Positions 9,536-18,764 of a stretch of DNA of 64,000 bases are shown piece by piece (the first letter of the stretch is position 1; the number at the start of each line of letters is the position of its first letter). Where the stretch lies: contig JAJYNN010000002.1 of assembly GCA_021786315.1 (NCBI GenBank), positions 545,494 through 609,493 of the forward strand. The letters run 5' to 3'. Made by a program: the position numbers and the translations under genes. The notes beneath the pieces are model-generated. The model searched no databases. It saw only the letters and a list, made by a program, of their open reading frames with translations, and was not told where the DNA came from. The DNA is from a bacterium. Its GTDB lineage: Bacteria; Patescibacteriota; Microgenomatia; Daviesbacterales; UBA10151.

Positions 9536-11317
9536 TTATTTAGCACTGAGATTAATTTTGCGGATGCGGATGTTTTTGGGGGTCACTTCCACCAACTCTG
9601 TATCATCTATATATTCCAAGGCATCTTCCAAAGAAATAACCCGAGGGGCATTAAAGTGTTCCGAAACTCCTTCTCCGGAAGACCGGTGGTTTGTTTGCTG
9701 TTTTTCTTTGCAAACATTAATCCGGATATCATCCAACCGGGAATTTTGCCCAATCACCTGGCCAGCATAAACCGGAACAGACGGACCAATAAAAAGTTCT
9801 CCCCTGTCTTGAGCCCCAATCAAAGCATAGAGCTTACTGATTCCGCTTTCGTGAACCACCAAGGATCCTCTTTCACGGACATAAGAGCTTCCGGTATCTT
9901 TCCTAAATTCCAAGAAGGTTACATTAATAATCCCTAAACCGTGGGTGTCGGTAATAAATTCACTGCGGTAGCCAAAAAGCTCTTTGGTGGAAATAATAAA
10001 TTCCATGGTAACCACTCCGTTTTCAGTGTTCATATCCTGCAAATCCCCATGGCGGGTTCCCATCTTTTGCATAACAACCCCGGAGAAGTTTTCCGGCACT
10101 TCAATCAAAACCCTTTCATAAGGGGTAAAAGTTTGCCCATCAATTACTTTCTCGATTACTTGCGGACGGGAAACTTGGAATTCATAACCCTCCCGGCGCA
10201 TTCTTTCAATAAGAATCGCTAAATGGAGCTCTCCTCTTCCGGAAACAATCCAGGAACCATTGCTCTCCTGAACTTTCAAAGCCACATCAGTTTCCAACTC
10301 TCGGTTCAACCTGTCTTGGATTTGCCTAGCGGTTTTAAATTCCCCCTCTTTTCCGGCAAATGGAGAAGAATTAACGCTAAAGGTCATCTTGACGGTTGGT
10401 TCTTCAATGGATAAAAGTGGTAAAGCTTCAGCATTATTAGGATCAGCAATGGTCTCTCCAATAGTGATTTCCGGAATACCCGAGATGGAGACAATATCCC
10501 CCGCCTGTACTTCGCTTGTTTCTACCCTTTCCAAACCCTGATAAGTCATCAACGAAGTTAAGCGGTATTTTTTCTTTTCCCCGTCACGATTGATATGCAT
10601 CACATCTTGGCCAGCCTTGATTGTTCCGTTGTATATTCTGCCTGTAGCAATCCGGCCTTTAAAGTTGTCTCCGGAAATGGCCGCCACTAACATCTGTAAT
10701 GGTTTGTTAGAATCACCGGACGGAGAGGGAATGTGTTCCAAGATGGCATCAAAAATCGGGGTAATATCTTCCATCTTATCCAGCATTGGCTCCAAACCGG
10801 CTTTACCCAGCTTGCTTGAAGAATAAATAACCGGGAAAAAGGCAGTCTCTTCATCAGCCCCAAGTTCCAAAAACAGGTCAAAGGTTTTATTTAAAACATG
10901 CTCAATCCGGGCATCGGGTTTATCAATCTTGTTGATTACCACAATAATTTTATGGCCTAGCTCCAAGGCTCTCTTTAAAACAAATCTGGTTTGGGGCATA
11001 GGTCCTTCCTTGGCATCCACCAAAAGCAGACAACCATCAGCCATCTTTAATACCCGTTCAACTTCCCCTCCAAAGTCAGCGTGTCCTGGGGTATCAATAA
11101 TATTGATCTTGGTATCTTTCCAAATGATGGAGGCATTCTTGGAAAAAATAGTAATTCCTCTTTCCTTTTCCAAGTCATTGCTATCCATGATGAGGTCAGA
11201 ATCTTCAGTAAATTGTTTACCCAATTTGGTCTGTGATTGACGCAGCAAAGCATCCACCAAAGTAGTTTTACCGTGATCAACGTGAGCAATGATGGCAACA
11301 TTTCTTATATTATTCAT
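9536..11317 (-). CDS. typA: translational GTPase TypA/BipA
   Basis: AHVDHGKTT, ERGITI, DTPGHADF, NKID, GRGELHL, EVTPKNIRIRK. Confidence 0.97.
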   Translation of the reverse strand: MNNIRNVAIIAHVDHGKTTLVDALLRQSQTKLGKQFTEDSDLIMDSNDLEKERGITIFSKNASIIWKDTKINIIDTPGHADFGGEVERVLKMADGCLLLVDAKEGPMPQTRFVLKRALELGHKIIVVINKIDKPDARIEHVLNKTFDLFLELGADEETAFFPVIYSSSKLGKAGLEPMLDKMEDITPIFDAILEHIPSPSGDSNKPLQMLVAAISGDNFKGRIATGRIYNGTIKAGQDVMHINRDGEKKKYRLTSLMTYQGLERVETSEVQAGDIVSISGIPEITIGETIADPNNAEALPLLSIEEPTVKMTFSVNSSPFAGKEGEFKTARQIQDRLNRELETDVALKVQESNGSWIVSGRGELHLAILIERMRREGYEFQVSRPQVIEKVIDGQTFTPYERVLIEVPENFSGVVMQKMGTRHGDLQDMNTENGVVTMEFIISTKELFGYRSEFITDTHGLGIINVTFLEFRKDTGSSYVRERGSLVVHESGISKLYALIGAQDRGELFIGPSVPVYAGQVIGQNSRLDDIRINVCKEKQQTNHRSSGEGVSEHFNAPRVISLEDALEYIDDTELVEVTPKNIRIRKINLSAK

Positions 11318-11517
11318 TTATTAATCCTTTCTGTTGCCATCACAAGATCTTTTTGTGAAACAAAAAGTAGACTTATGATTGCGACATTTCTCCTGTTCTT
11401 CATTTGACATTCCTTTCCCATTAAAAAAACCGCCTGTCCGCGGTGCAATAATTATACCTTTTTAAGCTTCAAATCACAAACATAAAGGTGACGCCTCGTC
11501 CGAAGGCAGGCGCCACC

Positions 11518-11850
11518 TTAAGAAATTACTAGAACATCACCAATTTCAGTTTTAGTTTGTTTTATTGTCCCTTCAGGTAATTCCAAAACCAATCCATATT
11601 TAGGGTTCCAAAAGAAAAACTGATTGGGTTCAATGGATTCTCCGATCTTTACCACCTTATTACTCTTGTCCAAAACCAAGATATCAATATTCTCCTTCAT
11701 CAATAGGGTATGCATCCCCAATCTCGTTTTAAACATCAGAGATCTGGGGTTGGATTTTCTAAGCAGCCCCAAGAATTTATCCAAAACAGAATTACAAAGT
11801 TTTAAATCAGTGGCCAGAATAGTTTTTTTGCTTTGATTGACAACTTCCAT
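11518..11850 (-). CDS. DUF192 family protein
   Basis: HT..M..NIDILVLD, VLELPEG, IGD. Confidence 0.8.
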   Translation of the reverse strand: MEVVNQSKKTILATDLKLCNSVLDKFLGLLRKSNPRSLMFKTRLGMHTLLMKENIDILVLDKSNKVVKIGESIEPNQFFFWNPKYGLVLELPEGTIKQTKTEIGDVLVIS

Positions 11851-11862
11851 ACTTATTCTGTA

Positions 11863-12138
11863 TCAAAACCATTTTTTTGCTTTAGGATTGCGATGAGGAC
11901 AACCAGGCCAACAACACGGCCTGCGCATACCTTCTTTAAGTTCCGAAACCACTCGCTTGACGTGTTCCTCTCTCGTCTCGGGTTTTTTAACAATAGTAAC
12001 CCAACAAATCCACTCATTACGGGCAAGTGGTGTAATACTCTCCCAAGCTTCTAGAGCTTTGGGATCAGAAATGAGAGCTTTTCGCAAATCATCCGGCAAG
12101 TCATGCACTACGCCACCGGGAATATTTTTTGGGGTCAT
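11863..12138 (-). CDS. YdeI/OmpD-associated family protein
   Basis: LPDDLRKAL, ITPLARNEWICW, RRPCCWPGC. Confidence 0.85.
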   Translation of the reverse strand: MTPKNIPGGVVHDLPDDLRKALISDPKALEAWESITPLARNEWICWVTIVKKPETREEHVKRVVSELKEGMRRPCCWPGCPHRNPKAKKWF

Positions 12139-12156
12139 GAAGTTATTTTATCAAAG

Positions 12157-12434
12157 TTGTGACCCGGCTAACACTACTTTTTACTTCGTAAAAAGATGTT
12201 GTAATTCTCGCTTCGCTCAAATTATGTGGATTCGAAGGGCCTCTTCCTTAGTCAGACAGAAATAAAAAAGGCGAGGCATAAAACCCCGCTTTTTAATTGT
12301 GACCCGGCTGGGATAGGCACTCCTCGAAGACTCGGAGTTGAACCTCCTTAGCTGTGCCAGATGCGGAGATTCTCGATCCAATAACCGCCTCAAAAATGAA
12401 ATTGCGCTTGGAAAAACCAAACTCAATTTCATTG
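12157..12434 (-). repeat. two tandem structured units, each ending in a copy of the tRNA-Lys 3' end
   Basis: attgtgacccggctgggat at 12296-12314 equals 12431-12449; ttgtgacccggct again at 12157-12169; each unit has a terminator-like stem and hairpin modules. Confidence 0.85.
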
Positions 12435-12506
12435 TGACCCGGCTGGGATTCGAACCCAGGACCAAAAGCTTAAAAGGCTTCTGCTCTACCGCTGAGCTAC
12501 CGGGCC
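12435..12506 (-). tRNA. tRNA-Lys(TTT)
   Basis: Cloverleaf GGCCCGG/CCGGGTC, anticodon loop CTTTTAA, TTCGAAT T-loop. Confidence 0.95.
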
Positions 12507-12618
12507 AGATAGCACTAGATATTTTACCTCAATTTGATCTCAGTTAAAAGCCTTTTGCTTTACTCTTTTATTACTTCTTTAATATTTGAAAGTTAAAGGG
12601 TGTGTCTATACTTTTCCC

Positions 12619-13803
12619 ATGAACCTAGATATTCCGAGTACTTTTCAGTCAATTTGGCAAGCTACAACCCCGGAGACAAATTATCCGGCTTTAGAAAAAG
12701 ATCTGGAAGTTGATGTAGTAGTCATTGGCGGAGGCATCGCCGGGTTAAACGCCGCTTACTTTTTAAAAAACCGGGGATTAAAGATTGCGGTCATCGAGAT
12801 GGGGAAAATTGTTACCGGTACCTCAGGTAACACTACCGCTAAAATAACCTCTCTCCATGGCCTAAGATATGCCTATTTGAGAGAACATTTTGGTCAGGAT
12901 AAAGCTCAAATTTATGGGAATTCCAATGAATGGGCTATCTCTGAACTTCAGAGGATTATTCAAAAAGAGAATATTGAGTGTGATTTTTATCAGGCTCCCA
13001 GTTTTACCTATACCAACTCCCCTGATGATTTAGACAGTATTAAACAAGAGGTGGAGACAGCCCAAAAATTAGGGCTTCCGGCATCTTTTGTAAATTCCAT
13101 TCCCGGAATTAATTTGGATATTTTAGGAGCGGTGCGGTTTGACCATCAGGGATATTTTCACCCCAGAAAATTCCTTTTAAGAATTGCTGAACTAATTAAT
13201 AGAGATGGCAGTTATATTTTTGAAAATACTCCTGCCCAGGATATTAAAGAGAGTGAACGTTGCAATGTTCAAACTCCTAAAGCAACCCTTCTGGCCAAAT
13301 CCGTTGTTATTGCCACTAATCTCCCTTTCTATGACCCGGAAAAAATCTTTTCCCAGCTGGAAAGAAGCGGTTCCTTTGTTATTGCTGCCAAGCCCGCCTC
13401 CATCTTTCCCGAAGCAATGTTTATCGGCACCCGGGGCAAAGACATGTCATTCCGCCCCCACAAGAATCATCAGGAAAGGTGGTTAATTATCGGAGAAAGG
13501 CATAATGAGATGGGGATGGGTAAAAATATGAATGAAAATATCGAAACCCTGGCAAAGCTTACTAAAGAACACTTTCAGACAGATCAAATTGAGTTTAAAT
13601 GGGGGGCAGCCGACACCATGTCTTTGGATAAAGTGCCGTATATCGGTAGGATGCCCGGGTCGAAAAATGTCTATGTGGCCACCGGTTTTAATACCTGGGG
13701 AATGACTACTAGTTTTGTTTCTGCTAAGTTGCTTACGGACTTAATTTTAGGGGAGAAAAACGACTGGGAGAGCCTGTATACCCCTAAAAGGCTAAGGAGG
13801 TGA
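12619..13803 (+). CDS. FAD-dependent oxidoreductase (DAO/YhfW-like)
   Basis: VIGGGIAG, GTSGNTTAK, FHPRKF, ATGFNTWGMT. Confidence 0.9.
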   Translation: MNLDIPSTFQSIWQATTPETNYPALEKDLEVDVVVIGGGIAGLNAAYFLKNRGLKIAVIEMGKIVTGTSGNTTAKITSLHGLRYAYLREHFGQDKAQIYGNSNEWAISELQRIIQKENIECDFYQAPSFTYTNSPDDLDSIKQEVETAQKLGLPASFVNSIPGINLDILGAVRFDHQGYFHPRKFLLRIAELINRDGSYIFENTPAQDIKESERCNVQTPKATLLAKSVVIATNLPFYDPEKIFSQLERSGSFVIAAKPASIFPEAMFIGTRGKDMSFRPHKNHQERWLIIGERHNEMGMGKNMNENIETLAKLTKEHFQTDQIEFKWGAADTMSLDKVPYIGRMPGSKNVYVATGFNTWGMTTSFVSAKLLTDLILGEKNDWESLYTPKRLRR

Positions 13804-14060
13804 TCGAGTTGGATTTAAAACCCGGTGAGGGAAAGGTTATTGATTACCAGGGGCAAAAAGTTGCTGTCTATAAGGATGAAAAAGACAGGATCTTTGCCAT
13901 TTCAGGAAACTGTACCTATGAGGGCTGTATTATTAATTGGGACCCGGTGCAAAAAATTTGGGTCTGTCCTTGTTGCGGGTCAAGATATAGCTTGGAAGGA
14001 AAAGTTTTAAAAGGACCGGCAACAGTGGACTTACAAAAGGTTAAGATAAAAGAAGACTAG
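13800..14060 (+). CDS. Rieske-like domain protein with non-canonical ligands
   Basis: CTYEGC ... WVCPCCGSRY..G.V..GPA; follows the YhfW-like gene. Confidence 0.8.
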   Translation: MIELDLKPGEGKVIDYQGQKVAVYKDEKDRIFAISGNCTYEGCIINWDPVQKIWVCPCCGSRYSLEGKVLKGPATVDLQKVKIKED

Positions 14061-14689
14061 TCTTTTTCAGCAGAGTTGGTGGCAGGATGGGCTGATTTGC
14101 TGCCTTCTTTCTGCCAATTCTTCCCCTCAGAAGTAGCAGAGTTAAAACTCTTAAGTGTCCTGATAATTTTAGATGCATCCTCACGGATAGCATGAATATC
14201 TTGTCTTATCGCCTTAAATTGAGTTTCAATAGCCTGGAATCCAGCTTTGTCTACTGCGGTTCCTTTTTGGGCATCAACATTTGCCAATCTTGTCTTGGCA
14301 TCAGCCAATTTACTTCTGGCATCAGTCATAGCTGCACTCATAGAAGTCACATCTTTTCCGGCATTTTTCGCGGCATCAATTCGAATTTGTAACTTATCTA
14401 AAATCTTGCCTGCAAGATCCAAAGACCTACTTAAGGCAGTTTCCCTGGCATCAACTGCTTTTCTCACTCTGGTAACTATTGCCTCCTTTTTGGCGTCTCT
14501 TTTTTCGGATACTTTTTCCTTTATATTGGTAACTCTTTCCTTGACAGTCTCCTCCAGTCTCCTAATTCCGGAGGTGGAAGCATTAGTTGGCCTCACTTCA
14601 TTACTGCCTTCCGCAAAAACAACTCCCGTCGCAGAAAGCGCTACAACAACAGACAAAGCTATAGCGATAGTGGCTTTTTGTATCTTCAT
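14057..14689 (-). CDS. secreted coiled-coil hypothetical protein
   Basis: Signal peptide ending VFA; helical K/A/E/D-rich body. Confidence 0.75.
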   Translation of the reverse strand: MKIQKATIAIALSVVVALSATGVVFAEGSNEVRPTNASTSGIRRLEETVKERVTNIKEKVSEKRDAKKEAIVTRVRKAVDARETALSRSLDLAGKILDKLQIRIDAAKNAGKDVTSMSAAMTDARSKLADAKTRLANVDAQKGTAVDKAGFQAIETQFKAIRQDIHAIREDASKIIRTLKSFNSATSEGKNWQKEGSKSAHPATNSAEKD

Positions 14690-14982
14690 AATCCCTTTAA
14701 TTCATTGGATAAATCAGAACCAGTGGTATCAATGTTGGCAAGATCCTTATCCAAAGCTGTTAAATCCTGGTCCAAAGCCTGGTCAGAAACATCTGGGGTA
14801 GGAGTTACCCGCACGTTTTGGGAAACTGTACCCTCCTGGGCGGGTTTTATTTCATTAATAGTCTTGGTGATTCCAATTTTTGAACCAAACTTATCTAAAA
14901 CACCAATTTTTACCGGGGAAAACATGTAGTACCCTGCAAGGATAAGAATTAAAGCTAAAAAAGCAACGAATAACTTAATCAT
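14686..14982 (-). CDS. small membrane-anchored protein
   Basis: N-terminal TM; acidic LDQDLTALDKDL tail; 4-bp overlap with the next gene. Confidence 0.7.
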   Translation of the reverse strand: MIKLFVAFLALILILAGYYMFSPVKIGVLDKFGSKIGITKTINEIKPAQEGTVSQNVRVTPTPDVSDQALDQDLTALDKDLANIDTTGSDLSNELKGL

Positions 14983-15091
14983 AGAGCAGTAAATTTATAC
15001 TACAACCAGCCCTAAAAACTGTCAAGAATATCAAACTAAATCAAGTCTAGATAATGTTGTAACTTCTATATCTTGTAGATATACTAAATTT

Positions 15092-16069
15092 ATGGAAGAT
15101 AACCTGCCCAAATCTGATAATCAATTTTGGTATGAAAATCAGCCCAACCATAATGAACCTCTTCAACCACAACCAGAACCTGCTCCTGCTGGTCCTCCAA
15201 TTCAAATAACAGAGAATAAGAAATACTCAGAGAAAAATGACCCGCCGATGGTAGATGTTAAAGTGACCAATCCTGTCTCCTACTTTAAAAAGTGGGTTAA
15301 ACATCTTTTAGGTAATGAGGGTATTGATATCGGTTTCAAATTTAAAGTTAAACCCTTAACCGCCATAGCTTTAATGGTTGCCTTGGCTGTTTCTTTTGGC
15401 ACTGGTTATGGAACTGGATTAAACGCCGCTGCCGGAGTTTTATTCCCCAACTCCTCCCCGCTTTTACACAGAACCGTGATGTACCAAGGAAATTTGCAAA
15501 AGGCAGGTGACAAATATCTTCTAATCCTTCCCAATTCAGATACTTATACTTTAAAACCCAAATCCAATACTAATATTAACTTTCAAAATTTAACTGATGG
15601 CCCGGTTTTAGTTAAAGGAAACTTAACCAGGGAAGCGTTTGTGATTGAACCCTCAGAAGTTATATCTTTAGGTGGTTCAGCCCCTGAGCCGCAAGCTACC
15701 CTTACCCCAACTAACTCTTCCATCTCTAATCCCACCGATTTCCCTAGTCTTTACCCCAGCCTGACTTGGGAAGTAACTCAAGAAAAAGTTTTAATATTTA
15801 CTTCGGGAAAAAGAAAGATCGAACAAAATGGTGTCTACCTGGAATCTGCTCAGGTACCTACTCTTCCTCAAGATTTCTTGAATTACTATACCAATGAGCT
15901 ACAAACCAAAGGTTTTGAGGAAACCTTAAATTCCAAAGATCCGGAAGGAACCACAATCACCTTTGCCAAAAATGACCTCTACTTAACCTTCGGCATCAAA
16001 AACATCTTTAAAGGCTCAGGCGACACCCGCCAACTCTCCGGCTACAAAGCCTTCATAGAACATAACTGA
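15092..16069 (+). CDS. membrane protein, paralog of 26482..27273
   Basis: Pro-rich N-terminus, one TM, shared PPMVDVKVTNPV/LLGNEGIDIGFKF/LFPNSSP/VKGNLTREA blocks. Confidence 0.8.
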   Translation: MEDNLPKSDNQFWYENQPNHNEPLQPQPEPAPAGPPIQITENKKYSEKNDPPMVDVKVTNPVSYFKKWVKHLLGNEGIDIGFKFKVKPLTAIALMVALAVSFGTGYGTGLNAAAGVLFPNSSPLLHRTVMYQGNLQKAGDKYLLILPNSDTYTLKPKSNTNINFQNLTDGPVLVKGNLTREAFVIEPSEVISLGGSAPEPQATLTPTNSSISNPTDFPSLYPSLTWEVTQEKVLIFTSGKRKIEQNGVYLESAQVPTLPQDFLNYYTNELQTKGFEETLNSKDPEGTTITFAKNDLYLTFGIKNIFKGSGDTRQLSGYKAFIEHN

Positions 16070-16129
16070 TCTCCACGCAGGGCGTTGCCTTGCGTAGGCT
16101 CAGTTAACAACATATGGTATTATTCCCCC

Positions 16130-16702
16130 ATGGCTGAAAGATCAATATTAGGAATAACAGAAGAAAGAGTTAATAGAGCTGAAGACATTGTAGAAGAAAC
16201 TACCGATATCGAAAGAACCGACGATATGTTTAGGTTTATTAGAGGTGTAAACAAAAGGATATCCCGGGAACAAAGAGAACTTTATCTTAATTTAAAAACC
16301 GCCAAGGAAAGATTTCAAGTTGGTTCAGCACTCGCTTATGGATATGCAGCTGCAGTAACTTATGAAATGCTTCCTGATGAAGTAAGAAAAATTGAACTCA
16401 CTCAGGATCAAGTGGAGACTTCAACCAAGAGCCTACTTGATTCAAACCAAGATGAAAATGGATGCTTTGATTGGTATTTGGACAAATTAATAGCCGACTC
16501 TCCTTATTATATTAACTGGTTAATAGATACACTTGAAGATATTGAAGACCCAGAAGAAAAGCGTGATTTTACCTATGGTAGCGTTCTAGTCACACTTCCT
16601 TTTTATCAAAGAGGCGAGGCGTTTATCTTAGCCAATCAAATATGGTATAGACAAGACAGACCTCTCCTTACCTTACTCGAAGTTGAACTTGTACCACAAT
16701 AA
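16130..16702 (+). CDS. acidic hypothetical protein
   Basis: Long ORF, probable start MAERS. Confidence 0.65.
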   Translation: MAERSILGITEERVNRAEDIVEETTDIERTDDMFRFIRGVNKRISREQRELYLNLKTAKERFQVGSALAYGYAAAVTYEMLPDEVRKIELTQDQVETSTKSLLDSNQDENGCFDWYLDKLIADSPYYINWLIDTLEDIEDPEEKRDFTYGSVLVTLPFYQRGEAFILANQIWYRQDRPLLTLLEVELVPQ

Positions 16703-16810
16703 CAACACTATTTTCTCAACCCTACTGGCCTTCAGGATTATTTTTTGTTAAAATTACCACTACGGCGCGTTCGTCATAGTGCGCAAGCGCCAGACGAACT
16801 ACCTTGAAAA

Positions 16811-18406
16811 CTAAATATAGATGGCGCGTTCGTCTAGAGGCCTAGGACACTGGGTTTTCATCCCAGGAATCGCGGGTTCGAATCCCGCACGCGCTACTGA
16901 GAGGGATTGTAAGAAGGTTGTGTTTGATTTCCTCTGCGCGGGTGGGGGCGCGCAGAGCTCTCTAAAGCCCTGATTGTAGTCTACGGAAAGTTGCCGATTC
17001 AATAAAAAGAAGTTCGAGCCGACAGTTTTTGCTCCTATGCTTAAATCGGAGCATGTATTTTTTGCGCGCGCGATTTTTGCGCACGAAAGTGCGCTTCCGA
17101 CCCACTCTCTCATAGGTTCGAGCCAACTCGAACCGTTTTGTCTTATTCTCTCCAAATCTTCCTGAATTTTAAGTTTTTGTTCAAAAACTTCGTTCTTTTT
17201 ACTTTTATAAGTTTCACCATCTATTACCTGATCCAAGAAACTATCAAGTAACAAATTGAGCTTTTTATCTAAAGTTTCCAGCTCGTTTTTTAGGGAGATT
17301 ATATTTTCCTCAATGAACTTTTGCTCCTCAACTTCATCCCGATCCATCCATTTATACCAATCATGAGCCCAACTTTCGGGAATAGACACATCAGAAACAA
17401 TCTTTCTTACTTGTAGTTCTAAATCTTCTTGAGAAATATATTTTTGAGAACAAGGTTTAATTTTCTTAGTGCATCTATAGTAAATAAAGGTTTGTTTATT
17501 ACCATTTTTATATTTTTTAGTATGAGTTTCGGTAGTAATAGCCGCACCGCACTCTCCGCACCTCATCAAACCTCTAAAAGCAAAATCATGGCCATTTTTC
17601 CTTGGTCTTTCAATTCTTTTTATTTCTTGTTGAGCAGAATCAAATAGTTTTTTAGAGATAAATGTTTTATGAGAGCCCTGATAATACTCACCGTTATACT
17701 TTAAAATCCCAATATAAAATCTGTTGGATAGCATTTTCTTTATTTGGTTTATATGTAAAGGTTTTTTGTTTATGGTTGTACTTACCCAACCTCGAGTTAA
17801 CCCTAATTTGTGAAGATAGAGGGATATTTCCTTGTAAGATTTACCTCCCTCGGCAAAAAGTTCAAAGGCCTTTTTAATTGCTAAAGAAGTTTCCGGATCT
17901 ACTTGAACAGTTTTTGTATTCGAGTCGTTTTTATACCCGAAAGGTGCTTTCATTGGCCAAACTCCATTGCGAAGTTTTTGCCTTAGCCCACGTTTTACAT
18001 TTTCTGATAAGTTGTCGACATAATATTTGGATTGGCCAAAGGCAATATTTAGCATAAATTTTCCCTGTGGAGTATTTTCAAACCAGAAGGTAGGGAATTT
18101 AAGGTTTAGAAGATTACCGGTATCCAAGAGGTAAATTATTTGGCCGCCGTCAATTGAGTTACGAGCTAATCTATCGGGATGCCAGGCAATAATACCTTGT
18201 GCCTGTCCTTTCTCGATCTTTTTTATTACCTCTGCGAATTTTTCTCTTCCGGGGAGTTTAGCGGTTTTTGACTCTGTTATAAATTCTTTGATTTCTAAGT
18301 TCTCTCTTTTGGCAAATTCTTGAAGCTCAGCAATTTGAGCCTCAATAGAAAGGACTTGTCTATCCTTCTCATCTGTTGATTTTCGGCAGTATGCTATATA
18401 TTTCAT
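16811..18406 (-). CDS. large serine recombinase/integrase (resolvase + recombinase + Zn ribbon + coiled coil)
   Basis: YIAYCRKST catalytic Ser, DRLARN, APFGY, CGECG...YYRC...PC; C-terminus runs through the att site into antisense tRNA. Confidence 0.95.
   Translation of the reverse strand: MKYIAYCRKSTDEKDRQVLSIEAQIAELQEFAKRENLEIKEFITESKTAKLPGREKFAEVIKKIEKGQAQGIIAWHPDRLARNSIDGGQIIYLLDTGNLLNLKFPTFWFENTPQGKFMLNIAFGQSKYYVDNLSENVKRGLRQKLRNGVWPMKAPFGYKNDSNTKTVQVDPETSLAIKKAFELFAEGGKSYKEISLYLHKLGLTRGWVSTTINKKPLHINQIKKMLSNRFYIGILKYNGEYYQGSHKTFISKKLFDSAQQEIKRIERPRKNGHDFAFRGLMRCGECGAAITTETHTKKYKNGNKQTFIYYRCTKKIKPCSQKYISQEDLELQVRKIVSDVSIPESWAHDWYKWMDRDEVEEQKFIEENIISLKNELETLDKKLNLLLDSFLDQVIDGETYKSKKNEVFEQKLKIQEDLERIRQNGSSWLEPMREWVGSALSCAKIARAKNTCSDLSIGAKTVGSNFFLLNRQLSVDYNQGFRELCAPPPAQRKSNTTFLQSLSVARAGFEPAIPGMKTQCPRPLDERAIYI
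16823..16896 (+). tRNA. tRNA-Glu(TTC), integration target
   Basis: GGCGCGT/ACGCGCT acceptor, loop TTTTCAT, GCGGG-TTCGAAT-CCCGC. Confidence 0.95.
16894..16996. repeat. inverted repeat A, left copy (103 bp)
   Basis: Exact reverse complement of 18490-18592. Confidence 0.97.
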
Positions 18407-18489
18407 GGCAGTTTATCTTTAGGGGAAAAGTTCTTTTAGCGACAGCGTTTCCCAGAAATTTTTGCGTGTCTTCTTACTATCTTTCTTTA

Positions 18490-18703
18490 CGGCAACTTTC
18501 CGTAGACTACAATCAGGGCTTTAGAGAGCTCTGCGCGCCCCCACCCGCGCAGAGGAAATCAAACACAACCTTCTTACAATCCCTCTCAGTAGTACGGTAT
18601 CAACAAATTCGAACCTATTTCAAATCGACGTATGCATCGGTCGGTCGGTAGAAGCCCCTCCGCTTCGCGTCGGGGCCTTCTGATCTTTAAGCTCGGCCTT
18701 CGG
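18490..18703 (-). repeat. internal inverted copy of reconstituted attP (IR-A' + CTAC core + IR-B)
   Basis: 18490-18592 = revcomp of 16894-16996; 18589-18703 = revcomp of 28385-28499; the two overlap at GTAG/CTAC. Confidence 0.95.
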
Positions 18704-18764
18704 TCGAAGCTCTGAAACTGTCGGTTCCGAAAACGCAAAAATTTCAAAGAACTTTTCCAAAAAA

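Noticed and set aside
12157-12449. Possible CRISPR array (three repeats)
   Set aside because: The repeats are tRNA 3' ends of unequal length, spacers are ~120 bp, and no cas genes are present.
18376-18651. 91-aa ORF sharing sequence with the integrase C-terminus
   Set aside because: It is the translation of the inverted attP copy and overlaps the integrase start on the opposite strand; not an independent gene.
18490-18703. DGR template/variable repeat pair
   Set aside because: The copies are identical and inverted with no adenine-specific mismatches, and no reverse transcriptase is in the window.
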